In this document: piece by piece, positions 26,079-35,322 of the stretch
Layout: every line of letters starts with the position of its first letter
Numbering within the stretch: position 1 is the stretch's first letter
Assembly (NCBI GenBank): GCA_017828855.1
Contig: JAFZZV010000081.1
Span: forward strand, 1-55,360
Source: Oscillospiraceae bacterium
GTDB taxonomy: Bacteria; Bacillota; Clostridia; Oscillospirales; Ruminococcaceae
DNA length: 55,360 nt
Direction: 5' to 3'
Position numbers and translations under genes: made by a program
Notes under the pieces: model-generated
Seen by the model: only the letters and a program-made list of their open reading frames with translations
Databases searched by the model: none
Told to the model about the DNA's origin: nothing

Positions 26079-27550
26079 TTAAAGGGGTTCTCCGTGGGAT
26101 ACGGCTGGCTCTTGGGTCTGTTGTACTGGATGTCACCGACACCCAGGAACTTGAATACCTCAAACAGCGAGCTGCCGTGGTGGCCAAACGCGACTGCACC
26201 GTGATGCGGGAATCTCTTCTCTATGAGGACGTGTCTGTAGAAGCGTCCCATCTCGGGGATAGCGAATACACCTATGCCGCCGAAGCTTCCTGTTGCGACG
26301 GGAAGCACTTCGCCTTCCGCGATGTATGAGCGGAGCTTGCCCTCGCTGTCACACTGCAGACGGAAGAAGGTGATGTCGCCGGGGGCGATGTCGCCTTCCA
26401 GGGTTCCTCTGGTGAAGTCAGGCTCGGATCCTTCCGGCTCGAGCAGTCTGTGCTGGATGAGCTGATACTTGATCGCCCTGTCTGCGCACATCTTGCAGCT
26501 GGGGGTGTTGCCGCAGTGGAATCCCATGAAGGTGTCGGTGAGAACATAGTCATATTTGCCTTTGATATTCTCTTCCCACATGGACTTGGGTACGGAGTTG
26601 TTGATGTCGAGCAGGGTCACCGCATCCTCGCTGACGCAGGCTCCGATATACTCAGAGAGCACGCCGTAGATGTCGACCTCGCAGGATACGGGTATACCTC
26701 TGGATGCGAGTCTGGAGTTGACGAAGCAGGGTTCGAATCCGAACTGCTCCGGGAACGCGGGCCAGCACTTGTCCGCGAAAGCGACATACTTTCTCGCGCC
26801 TTTGTGCTGCTCAGCCCAGTCAAGGAGTGTCAGCTCGAACTGAGCCATCCTCTCGAGGAGCTCGGGATAATAGCGTCCCTCGCCCATCTCCTTAGCCATG
26901 TCGTCGCAGACTTCCTTGATCCTTGCATCGCCTGCGTGCTGCTTGTAGCTGACCAGCAGGTCGAGTTCGGAGTTCTCCTCTATCTCGACGCCCAGTTCAT
27001 AGAGTCCCTTGATGGGAGCGTTGCAGGCGAAAAAGTCCTGAGGACGCGGACCGAAAGATATGATCTTGAGGTTCTTTACGCCGATAACTGCTCTGGCAAT
27101 CGGGACAAAACGCGCGATCATGTCTGCGATATCTTCGCTCGTTCCGACCGGATACTCAGGAATATAGCCCCTGAGGTGCCTCATACCGAGGTTGTAAGAG
27201 CAGTTGAGCATACCGCAGTATGCGTCTCCTCTTCCGTTGATCAGATCCCCGTCACCTTCGGCAGCAGCCACAAACATACAGGGCCCGTCGAAGTTCTTTG
27301 CGATCAGGGTCTCAGGTGTCTCAGGCCCGAAGTTCCCGAGGAAGACCACGAGGGCATTGCATCCGGCTTTGTTGACATCCTCGACCGCCTTCAGCATGTC
27401 AAGTTCATTCTCGACGGTCACGGGGCACTCATACAGTTCACCCTTGAACGCCTTGGTGATGGCCTCTCTCCTCGCTATGGAGAGCCCTATCGGGAAGCAG
27501 TCACGGCTTACGGCAACTATTCCCAGTTTGACTTCCGGAATATTCTGCAT
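26075..27550 (-). CDS. L-fucose/L-arabinose isomerase-family sugar isomerase (short, about 490-aa type)
   Basis: The layout and motifs resemble the FucI-like family (KLGIVAVSRDCFP..., ALVVFLGNFGPE, CEVDIYG, HHGAVAFGHH). The ATG at 27550 follows AAGGAGAATCTACA. Confidence 0.75.
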   Translation of the reverse strand: MQNIPEVKLGIVAVSRDCFPIGLSIARREAITKAFKGELYECPVTVENELDMLKAVEDVNKAGCNALVVFLGNFGPETPETLIAKNFDGPCMFVAAAEGDGDLINGRGDAYCGMLNCSYNLGMRHLRGYIPEYPVGTSEDIADMIARFVPIARAVIGVKNLKIISFGPRPQDFFACNAPIKGLYELGVEIEENSELDLLVSYKQHAGDARIKEVCDDMAKEMGEGRYYPELLERMAQFELTLLDWAEQHKGARKYVAFADKCWPAFPEQFGFEPCFVNSRLASRGIPVSCEVDIYGVLSEYIGACVSEDAVTLLDINNSVPKSMWEENIKGKYDYVLTDTFMGFHCGNTPSCKMCADRAIKYQLIQHRLLEPEGSEPDFTRGTLEGDIAPGDITFFRLQCDSEGKLRSYIAEGEVLPVATGSFGGIGVFAIPEMGRFYRHVLIEKRFPHHGAVAFGHHGSSLFEVFKFLGVGDIQYNRPKSQPYPTENPFK

Positions 27551-27602
27551 TGTAGATTCTCCTTCTCTGTATTTCTTCCGGCCGACCGGCCGGATCATTA
27601 AC

Positions 27603-29081
27603 TTATCTCTTTATCTCTCTGAAGACGTCCCTTAGTGCCGGATAGATCTTCCTGTACTCCGAATACCGCGCGGAATACTTCTCTGCGAGCACCGGATCCG
27701 GGAACACTGTCTCCTTGACTCTGGTCAGCGCGTCGGCGCAGCTCTTCACGTCCGGATACAGACCGGTACCTACCATCGCGAGCATCGCGCCGCCGTAGCC
27801 CGGTCCTTCTTCCGTGACAGGTATATCCAGCGGGATGTTCAGCACTGAGGAGAAGATCGTCTGCCAGAGCCTGGACTTTGCTCCTCCTCCGCAGATCTTG
27901 GATCTCTCTATCCTTACACCTACGGATCTTGCCACTTCTATGTTATCCCTTATCGCGAAGGCTACACCTTCCAGGACTGCCTGGGCCATGTCTGCTCTGG
28001 TCGTATTCATGCTCATCCCCATGAACACGCCTCTTGCGTCCGTGTCGTTGATCGGGCTCCTCTCGCCCATCAGATACGGCAGGAAGAATACTTCGTTCTC
28101 GCCAAGCCGCTCCGGTCTGATCTCATCCTGGACCGCCTGGTAATCCTTCTCTCTGAGTATCTCATCACAGAACCATTTATTGCAAGAAGCTGCGGAAAGC
28201 ATGCATCCCATCAGGTGATAATTACCGTCCGCATGCGCGAATGAATGCAGGGCATTGTCCACGTCCTGACTGAATACCTCAGACGAAATGAAAACGGTTC
28301 CTGACGTGCCTATAGAGATATTGCAGTTGCCGTCTCCCACCGTCCCGGTCCCGACCGCCGCTGCGGCATTATCTCCTGCACCGGCAACGACCCTGACCTC
28401 GGCAGGCAGAGAGAGCGCGGTCGCGATCTCCGGGCGGAGAGTACCTATTACATCATAGCTCTCGAACAGTTTCGGCATCTGATCTTCCCTGACAGAACAG
28501 ATGTCCAGCATCTCCCTGGACCACTTTCTGTTCTTAACATCCAGAAGCAGCATTCCGGAGGCGTCTGAATAGTCACAGGAATGCACTCCGGTGAGTTTGT
28601 AGTTGATATAGTCCTTCGGGAGCATTATCCTTCTGATCCTGGCAAAATTCTCCGGCTCATTCTTCTTCATCCAGAGCAGCTTGGGAGCGGTGAATCCCGC
28701 GAACGCTATGTTTGCCGTATAGCCGGAGACGACATCCCTGCCTATGGTCCTGTTGAGATAGTCTACCTCCTCGGATGTCCTCCCGTCGTTCCACAGTATT
28801 GCGTCACGGATCACTTCATCCTGTGAATCGAGGACCACCAGACCGTGCATCTGTCCGCCGCAGCCTATTCCCGCGACCTGTGACCTGTCAAATCCCACCA
28901 GAAGCTCTTCCGCTCCGATGAGACATGCGCTCCACCAGTCTGTCGGGTCCTGTTCGCTCCAGCCGGGCCGCGGCATGGAAAGGGGGTATTCCCTGGTCAC
29001 GGTCCTTTTGATTGTTCCTTCTTCATCTACCAAAAGGAGCTTCATGGAAGATGTTCCGAGGTCGATCCCTATATAGTACAT
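27603..29081 (-). CDS. xylB: Xylulokinase (FGGY carbohydrate kinase)
   Basis: MYYIGIDLGTSSMKLLLVD...GWSEQDPTDWW and CGGGAKSRLWQTIFSSVLN are typical XylB/FGGY motifs. 492 aa. Confidence 0.85.
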   Translation of the reverse strand: MYYIGIDLGTSSMKLLLVDEEGTIKRTVTREYPLSMPRPGWSEQDPTDWWSACLIGAEELLVGFDRSQVAGIGCGGQMHGLVVLDSQDEVIRDAILWNDGRTSEEVDYLNRTIGRDVVSGYTANIAFAGFTAPKLLWMKKNEPENFARIRRIMLPKDYINYKLTGVHSCDYSDASGMLLLDVKNRKWSREMLDICSVREDQMPKLFESYDVIGTLRPEIATALSLPAEVRVVAGAGDNAAAAVGTGTVGDGNCNISIGTSGTVFISSEVFSQDVDNALHSFAHADGNYHLMGCMLSAASCNKWFCDEILREKDYQAVQDEIRPERLGENEVFFLPYLMGERSPINDTDARGVFMGMSMNTTRADMAQAVLEGVAFAIRDNIEVARSVGVRIERSKICGGGAKSRLWQTIFSSVLNIPLDIPVTEEGPGYGGAMLAMVGTGLYPDVKSCADALTRVKETVFPDPVLAEKYSARYSEYRKIYPALRDVFREIKR

Positions 29082-29124
29082 CTGGTCCCTCTTTTCGGCC
29101 TAAACCCGTTCGTCTTTTGACTAT

Positions 29125-29377
29125 ATTGTATGCTTTTTGTATGTTCATGAGCATGTTTTCCTCTGTACAAAATAATATGCTCAAATTAGTAAAAATAACC
29201 ATTATTTGCAGTAAGCCGTTGATAGAAGAAGAAAAAAGCGCGAATTATACCCGCAGTTTTGCTATTGTATCAGCTCTGTGATATTTCACATGGCCGATCA
29301 AGAAAATTGTATGCAGATTGAGAGACAATATGTTATTGAAATATGTACAGTTTTGCGGTGTAATAACGATTGTATGA
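29125..29377 (+). promoter_or_regulatory. Divergent AT-rich control region with four copies of (A/T)TTGTATG
   Basis: TTGTATG occurs at 29126, 29137, 29307 and 29370, all in the same orientation. The first two are spaced 11 nt apart. TGTACA occurs at 29164 and 29344. The region lies between xylB (-) and the isomerase-like gene (+). Confidence 0.35.
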
Positions 29378-29401
29378 TAAGAAAGGAGCCTGTATTAATT
29401 T

Positions 29402-30925
29402 ATGGTTAGCTACAAAGTTAAAATCGCTATCGCTCCATGTCGCCGCAACATGCCCAACATGAACATGCCGGGCAGAAACGGACAGCCTCCCAGAAGGCGT
29501 ATGATGTGGGGCAGGGAAGCTGCTCTTGATGTCAAGAACGAAGTCCTCCCTTATATCTTTGAAAATTTCGCAAATGAGCATGTCGAATTCGTGACTCTCG
29601 ACGGATGGGACGAAGACGGCATGATGTATGACTACTCCCAGGCTGATTCCATCGCCGAATACCTGAAGGCTCAGAAGCCGGATGCTCTTTTCATCCTTAA
29701 CCTGAACTTCGGAAGCGAGGAAGTCGCCGGAAGGCTCGCGAAACTCATGGATCTTCCCACCCTCCTGTGGGCTGTTCAGGATACGTATTTCGGTGATCCC
29801 GATGCCACCGACGTTCACGACGAAGCGTACGGCGGACGTCTCCTTGATGCGCAGTGCGGTATGTTCGCAGTCTCCAAGATCCTCCAGAGATATCAGGTCA
29901 AGTTCACGCACATCCCGACCTGCAAGGTCACCGATGAAGTGTTCAAGACCAACTTTGAGGATTTCTGCGCCGTCACCTGCATGCTCAAGAACTGGAAGAA
30001 CATGCGCCTGATGCAGCTCGGCAACCGTCCTCTTGCTTTCACCAGCATGATGTTCAACGAGGATGAGCTCCTCGAGAAGTTCGGCATCGAGGTATTCCCC
30101 CTCTCCGGACCGGAAGCCTCCAGAAGGCTCCTTGATGTAAGAGAGAAACATGCAGACGAGCTTCAGGGCATCGTCGACAAGTTCCTTACCTACTTCAAGG
30201 CCGGCGATATCGAAGAAGCAAGGAATTCCGAAGCTCTCAGGAACTCTGCAGCCTGCTACCTGTTCTACAAAGAACTCTTTGAGACCACAGGCGCTTCCGC
30301 CATTGCATGCGACATGAGCTTCTCAAGGGCGATCGGACCTAGCTCAACAGCTGACATCATGATGCTCGCCAACGAGAACAAGTTCGTCATGTTCGAAGGC
30401 GACATGCACGGCGGCATCACGGAAGTCATCCTCTCCAGCGCAGTGTTCGGAGAGAAGCTCCCGTTCTTCGGAGAGTTCACCGCAAACCATCCGACGAACC
30501 CCAACGCAGAGCTCATCTGGCACACCGCGGTATATCCGCCCGCCATTGCCGGCAACGACAACTTTGAGCCCTACATCATCAACAGCGGATGGGGTGCCCA
30601 GACCGGTCTGGAAGTCAAGAAAGGCGATTATTCCATCGCCCGCTTCGACACGATGAACGGCAAGTATTCGATGCTCATCGGTGAGTTCAAGGCTGTAGAC
30701 GGCCCGTTCACCAAACAGCATTACATCTGGGGCGAATTCAAGGATTGGCACAAGTTCGAGCAGGCCACCGTATACGGCCCCTATGTCCATCACATGGTGG
30801 AGATGGAAGGTGGTCCCCATGTCACGAGACGCCTCAAGGAGTTCTGCCGTTATGTAGGAATCTATGCGGACGTACCGGATGAGAGAGACACCCCCTTTGC
30901 TCCGTATTTCTACGAGACCAAATAA
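29402..30925 (+). CDS. L-fucose/L-arabinose isomerase-family protein (divergent second paralog)
   Basis: 507 aa. Its length and C-terminal pattern (YSIARFDTMNGKYSMLIGEFKAVDGP...HHMVEMEGG.HVTRRLKEFCRYVGI) resemble the FucI/AraA C-domain. The RBS AAAGGAG lies 13 nt from the ATG, so the start is somewhat uncertain. Confidence 0.6.
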   Translation: MVSYKVKIAIAPCRRNMPNMNMPGRNGQPPRRRMMWGREAALDVKNEVLPYIFENFANEHVEFVTLDGWDEDGMMYDYSQADSIAEYLKAQKPDALFILNLNFGSEEVAGRLAKLMDLPTLLWAVQDTYFGDPDATDVHDEAYGGRLLDAQCGMFAVSKILQRYQVKFTHIPTCKVTDEVFKTNFEDFCAVTCMLKNWKNMRLMQLGNRPLAFTSMMFNEDELLEKFGIEVFPLSGPEASRRLLDVREKHADELQGIVDKFLTYFKAGDIEEARNSEALRNSAACYLFYKELFETTGASAIACDMSFSRAIGPSSTADIMMLANENKFVMFEGDMHGGITEVILSSAVFGEKLPFFGEFTANHPTNPNAELIWHTAVYPPAIAGNDNFEPYIINSGWGAQTGLEVKKGDYSIARFDTMNGKYSMLIGEFKAVDGPFTKQHYIWGEFKDWHKFEQATVYGPYVHHMVEMEGGPHVTRRLKEFCRYVGIYADVPDERDTPFAPYFYETK

Positions 30926-30941
30926 CCTCACAGGATAACAG

Positions 30942-30977
30942 AGCCGCTCCGGCAAGACCGGAGCGGCTGTTTTTTTC
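30942..30977 (+). terminator. Rho-independent terminator
   Basis: Stem agccgctccgg / ccggagcggct followed by gttttttt. Confidence 0.85.
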
Positions 30978-30984
30978 TTCTTTC

Positions 30985-31665
30985 TCAGTACAGTTCCTCA
31001 GCCAGTTCTGATGCTCTCCTGCGTATCCGCTCTCTGGTGAGCTCGTCATCAGTCAGCACATCCAGCGGATAGTCGATCTGAAACAGCACGTCCATCATCA
31101 GCATGGCGAATGCAGCCATATCCTCAGCCGGGTCAGTGCCTGCAGGGATCTTCTTCAGTGAAGTCTTATTCTGCCACATCTTCCTGATCATGCAGAACAG
31201 CGAGAAATACGTCACTGCGGACTCCAACGTGTCCTTTTTGAAAAACACCATCTTCCTCTTCGTGTCAATAAGTCCGTTCCTGCTCTCATAACTGAAATAA
31301 CTGTCAGGCACGGACGTGATCTCCGGATGTTCCATTCCGAGAACATCCGACACGCTTGCCGCGATCCGGTATAGTCTGAATACCGGCTGCGATATCCTCA
31401 TCTGCCTCTCATACCTGCGGATCAGAGCCTCCGGGCTCATCACTGCAATCCTTCCGGACCCGCCGAGATCTTCCGCTATATTTCCTCCCTCGTAATCAAA
31501 GAGCGAGAAGAAATCCTTTCCGTCCATACGATCGAGTATCACTTCCACATTGGTCTTCCTTCCGGAAGCTGCTTCTCTCTTCAGTTCCCGTATATCATCT
31601 GTCCAGTCAGGAAAAATCCTCTCCCTGCCTTTACCCCATGATTCCATAAAACGGTTGCTATCCAT
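30985..31665 (-). CDS. Hypothetical protein, no recognisable domain
   Basis: The ORF is open to 31734 (GTG). The ATG at 31665 (MDSNRF...) has AGGAG 9 nt upstream and a TATAAT box about 25 nt further up, so I prefer it. The protein is soluble and helical-looking. Confidence 0.55.
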   Translation of the reverse strand: MDSNRFMESWGKGRERIFPDWTDDIRELKREAASGRKTNVEVILDRMDGKDFFSLFDYEGGNIAEDLGGSGRIAVMSPEALIRRYERQMRISQPVFRLYRIAASVSDVLGMEHPEITSVPDSYFSYESRNGLIDTKRKMVFFKKDTLESAVTYFSLFCMIRKMWQNKTSLKKIPAGTDPAEDMAAFAMLMMDVLFQIDYPLDVLTDDELTRERIRRRASELAEELY

Positions 31666-31827
31666 ACGGTATTTCTCCTGTTTTTCCATTATTATACCCC
31701 AACACCGTCTCTCTGCGGGATCTTCGTGTTTCACAGCTGTGAGGATCCGCTGTATTATTTGTTAATCAACCTGCCGTGTGCTATCTTTTAGAAGATACAC
31801 TGAATCTATCGCTCCAGAGGTGCAGAA

Positions 31828-34302
31828 ATGGAGAAGACCTATACATTCAGAGACGGTTCTGTATATAAAGGCAGCCTCGGTCCCCTCGGACTTCCGGAAG
31901 GCTTCGGTACGAGGCGATGGGACAACGGGCGTTCCCTTGAAGGGAACTGGAAGGAAGGGGTCCTTACCGGCACTGCTGTCTTCCGATACAGCGAAAAGGC
32001 TTATTACGAGGGTTCTCTTGCTGATACTAAGCGCCAGGGCGACGGGATCATGCATTACGAGAACGGATATGTCTTTTCCGGTACATGGGACAGTGACCGC
32101 CGCGTATACGGGACTCTGACATTCCCGGACGGTGTCACGACGATGACGGGCAATTACAGAGATGACCGGATGAACGGAATGCAGACCGTACTCCTGAGCA
32201 ACGGCTATAAGATAATCGCCAACTGGGAAGATAACAAGTTCGACGGCGGGAGCGGGATAATCAGATGCCCGGACGGCGTCGAGTTTGAAGGAGACATCAC
32301 GGATCAGGGCGGATGGAGCCCCAAAGGCCGCGGTGTGATGACCGATGCCAGAGGCACGCGCTATGAAGGAGAATGGGACGGTTTTTCGAGGACCGGCATA
32401 TACAGGGTAAGGTTCAAGGACGGAAGGGTAGTCAATGCGGAATACAACCACGACCTTCTTATCCGTGTGATATCCATGGGCAACGATCCACTTCCTCCTG
32501 CAATCAATTCGGACGGAAGCACCGGAGACACACATGTTCCGGAGCCGGAAGTCGAGCATCTGTCTGAAGATGTCCCTGCGGAAGATCTTCCTGAGAGACG
32601 GACGTTCGAAGTGCCGGAAGAAGGTGTCCTGAAAGTCATCGAGGACCCGGAAGACAGCAGCTACTCTCCTGAGATACAGGAACTGTTCCGCGACATCATC
32701 GGGATGCATGAGATAAAGGAAACGCTGGACGGCATCTTCAAGAGGTTCAAGGTCGATGCCCTGCGCAGGGAACGCCTGGGGATCGAGGCTTCAAAGAGAG
32801 GTGTGAACTTCATAATCTGCGGCAATCCGGGTACAGGCAAGAGCACTTTGGCCAGGATCATCGGCAGGATGCTGTACCAGACAGGGATACTGCCTACAGA
32901 CACCTTTATCGAGACCGACCGCTCGGGTCTGGTCGGAGCCCATATCGGGCAGACGGAAGAGAACGTAAAAAAGATCCTCGAAAACGCCCGGGGCGGCACG
33001 CTGTTCGTGGACGAGGCATACGAACTGTTCGAGGAGGACGCCTCCGTGGACTTCGGCCATATCGCACTTGATGCTCTCCTAAAGGATATGGAGGATCACC
33101 GCGGTGAATACTGTCTCATCTTTGCAGGATACCGACAGCGCATGGACGATATGATCCAAAAGGCCAATCAGGGACTTGCAGGCCGTTTTGACTACAGGCT
33201 CAACATCCCGGACTACAGTCTTGAGGACCTTCTCGATATCCTTGTTTCCATGGCGGCGAAGCAGAACTACTATATCCGTGAGGACGCCAGAGAAGTCATT
33301 CTGAGAGAATTCTCCAGGCAGAAGGTCGACGACCGATTCGATAACGGGAGATGCTCCAGAAGGATCCTGGACAGAGCCATCGAGCGACAGGCCGGCCGGC
33401 TCTCGGAGAACATGGAAGAGATACGTGACGAAGATCTCTGGATGCTTCTTCCTGAAGATTTCGGCACGCTCTCCATAGATGAAGAGACTCTTCAGGACAG
33501 CCTGAGCAAACTGGATGCTCTGATTGGGCTGTCGTCTGTAAAAAAGGAAGTCAGGGTCATGACCAACCTTATGACGGTCTGGAACGAGAGCCGCAAAAGA
33601 GGTCTGTCCACGGCTGACAGCGGCTACACGATGAATCTCGTTTTCACCGGAAATCCCGGGACGGGCAAGACCACTGTAGCCAGGCTGATCGGGGAGATCT
33701 ATTATCATATCGGCCTTCTGAAACGTCCCGACACCTTCGTTGAATGCACCCGTGCGGATCTGATAGGTGAACACATGGGTGAGACGGCTCCGAAAGTCAG
33801 GGAAAAGGTACAGAGCGCTCTCGGAGGGATACTGTTTATCGATGAAGCGTACTCGCTCGTGAGCGATGATCAGGACAGCTACGGCAGGGAAGCTGTAGCG
33901 ACCCTGGTCTCGGAGATAGAGAACCACAGGGAGAACCTTGCTGTCATCCTGGCAGGATACACTGACGAGATGGAAGAGTTCCTCTCAACCAACCCCGGTC
34001 TGAACAGCAGGTTCCCCAAGAGGCTCGAGTTCCCCGATTACACCTCGGAAGAACTGACTGAGATGTTCCGGTACAACATGAAGAAACGCGGATACATCCT
34101 GGATGTTGACGGAGAGACCCTCTCGGGATGGATCGAGATGGAATCCCAAAAGCCGGATTTCGGAAACGGAAGAGGAGTCCGCAATCTTTGCGACAGAAGC
34201 ATCGAACGCCAGTCCGCGAGGATAGCATCCTCCGCAGACATGAGTTCTCTCTCAGATGAGGAGCTCGTCACCGTTACCGACAGCGATATCCTGTCAGTGT
34301 GA
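31828..34302 (+). CDS. MORN-repeat protein fused to two SpoVK/CbbX-type AAA+ ATPase modules
   Basis: 824 aa. Residues about 5-200 are YxGxW/GxG MORN-like repeats (YEGSLADTKRQGDGIMHYENGYVFSGTW, RYEGEWDGFSRTG). There are two Walker A motifs (GNPGTGKSTLAR, GNPGTGKTTVAR) and two Walker B motifs (LFVDEAYEL, LFIDEAYSL), each preceded by the SpoVK-type LIG..xVK helix. Confidence 0.85.
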   Translation: MEKTYTFRDGSVYKGSLGPLGLPEGFGTRRWDNGRSLEGNWKEGVLTGTAVFRYSEKAYYEGSLADTKRQGDGIMHYENGYVFSGTWDSDRRVYGTLTFPDGVTTMTGNYRDDRMNGMQTVLLSNGYKIIANWEDNKFDGGSGIIRCPDGVEFEGDITDQGGWSPKGRGVMTDARGTRYEGEWDGFSRTGIYRVRFKDGRVVNAEYNHDLLIRVISMGNDPLPPAINSDGSTGDTHVPEPEVEHLSEDVPAEDLPERRTFEVPEEGVLKVIEDPEDSSYSPEIQELFRDIIGMHEIKETLDGIFKRFKVDALRRERLGIEASKRGVNFIICGNPGTGKSTLARIIGRMLYQTGILPTDTFIETDRSGLVGAHIGQTEENVKKILENARGGTLFVDEAYELFEEDASVDFGHIALDALLKDMEDHRGEYCLIFAGYRQRMDDMIQKANQGLAGRFDYRLNIPDYSLEDLLDILVSMAAKQNYYIREDAREVILREFSRQKVDDRFDNGRCSRRILDRAIERQAGRLSENMEEIRDEDLWMLLPEDFGTLSIDEETLQDSLSKLDALIGLSSVKKEVRVMTNLMTVWNESRKRGLSTADSGYTMNLVFTGNPGTGKTTVARLIGEIYYHIGLLKRPDTFVECTRADLIGEHMGETAPKVREKVQSALGGILFIDEAYSLVSDDQDSYGREAVATLVSEIENHRENLAVILAGYTDEMEEFLSTNPGLNSRFPKRLEFPDYTSEELTEMFRYNMKKRGYILDVDGETLSGWIEMESQKPDFGNGRGVRNLCDRSIERQSARIASSADMSSLSDEELVTVTDSDILSV

Positions 34303-34444
34303 GACCGGGATGCCGAGGACACAGGTGCTGCATTTTGCAGAGATTTTTGCAAGTGCCTTGTCTTCCGTATAATTCAGTATTGAAAAAAAACTCCCAAGAT
34401 GTGAAAATATTCCTTGTCGAAAAAACACCACAGGAGGGTAAAAA

Positions 34445-35236
34445 ATGAGAGTCGTTATTCAGGACAATTATGACAAGATGTGCAAATGGGCAGCCGACTA
34501 TATAGCCAACAAGATCCGCAGCCACAAGGAAGACAGGCCTTTTGTGCTTGGCCTGCCTACCGGTTCTTCACCGATCGGCGTATATAAGGAGTTGGCCCGT
34601 ATGAATCAGGCCGGCGAGCTTTCCTTCGCCAATGTCGTCACATTCAACATGGATGAGTATCTCGGTCTTCCTCACGAGCATGACCAGAGCTACTGGTACT
34701 TCATGCATGACAATTTCTTCGACCATCTCGTCGACATGAAGCCTGAGAACATCAACATCCTGAACGGAATGACAGATGATCCGGAAGGCGAATGCGCGCG
34801 CTATGAGGAGAAGATTGCTTCCTACGGCGGGATCGACCTGTTCATGGGTGGGATCGGCGTTGACGGTCACATAGCTTTCAACGAGCCGTACACCTCTCTT
34901 ACATCCAGGACCGGCGTGAGGAACCTTACGACAGATACCCGCATCGTCAACTCCCGTTTCTTCGGAAACGATCCTGAGAAAGTACCTTCTCAGGCACTGT
35001 CTGTCGGCGTCGGGACGGTCACGGATTCCAAGGAAGTCCTGATACTGATCAACGGTCACAATAAAGCAAAGGCTCTCGCCGCCACCGTGGAAGGCGGAGT
35101 ATCACACAAGTGGACATGTTCCGCTCTTCAGATGCACAACGGTGCGATCATCGCATGCGACGAGGCTGCCTGCGGAGAACTGACAGTGGACACGTACAAA
35201 TACTTCCTCGACATCGAGAAGAACGAGAGACTCTGA
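34445..35236 (+). CDS. nagB: Glucosamine-6-phosphate deaminase
   Basis: 263 aa with [26 protein letters not shown] and [13 protein letters not shown]. The RBS is AGGAGGGTAAAAA-ATG. Confidence 0.92.
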   Translation: MRVVIQDNYDKMCKWAADYIANKIRSHKEDRPFVLGLPTGSSPIGVYKELARMNQAGELSFANVVTFNMDEYLGLPHEHDQSYWYFMHDNFFDHLVDMKPENINILNGMTDDPEGECARYEEKIASYGGIDLFMGGIGVDGHIAFNEPYTSLTSRTGVRNLTTDTRIVNSRFFGNDPEKVPSQALSVGVGTVTDSKEVLILINGHNKAKALAATVEGGVSHKWTCSALQMHNGAIIACDEAACGELTVDTYKYFLDIEKNERL

Positions 35237-35252
35237 TCCATACAAAAAACGC

Positions 35253-35295
35253 GGAGACGTGTTTCCTATTCCGGGAAATGCGTCTCCTTTTCTTA
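35253..35295. terminator. Terminator hairpin between convergent genes
   Basis: Long stem ggagacgtgtttcc / gggaaatgcgtctcc (with G-U pairs), an A-tract before it and ttttctt after it. Confidence 0.75.
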
Positions 35296-35322
35296 TATCT
35301 GTCTGCTAAAAGTGATCTTCTG

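Noticed and set aside
26729-26740. Exact tRNA T-loop-like string GGGTTCGAATCC
   Set aside because: The flanks do not form a T-stem (caggg versus ccgaa), and no acceptor, D or anticodon arms can be drawn. The string lies inside a well-supported CDS, so it is a chance match.
26450-27601. 383-aa ORF antisense to the FucI-like isomerase gene. Similar long antisense ORFs lie at 5426..6319, 22439..23491, 29333..30151, 31762..32709, 33079..33927, 39747..40568, 52712..53542 and 54485..55312.
   Set aside because: Each lies opposite a gene with clear family motifs and a proper RBS. Their translations are compositionally odd (Arg/Asp/Val/His-rich) and lack start signals, so I treat them as shadow ORFs.
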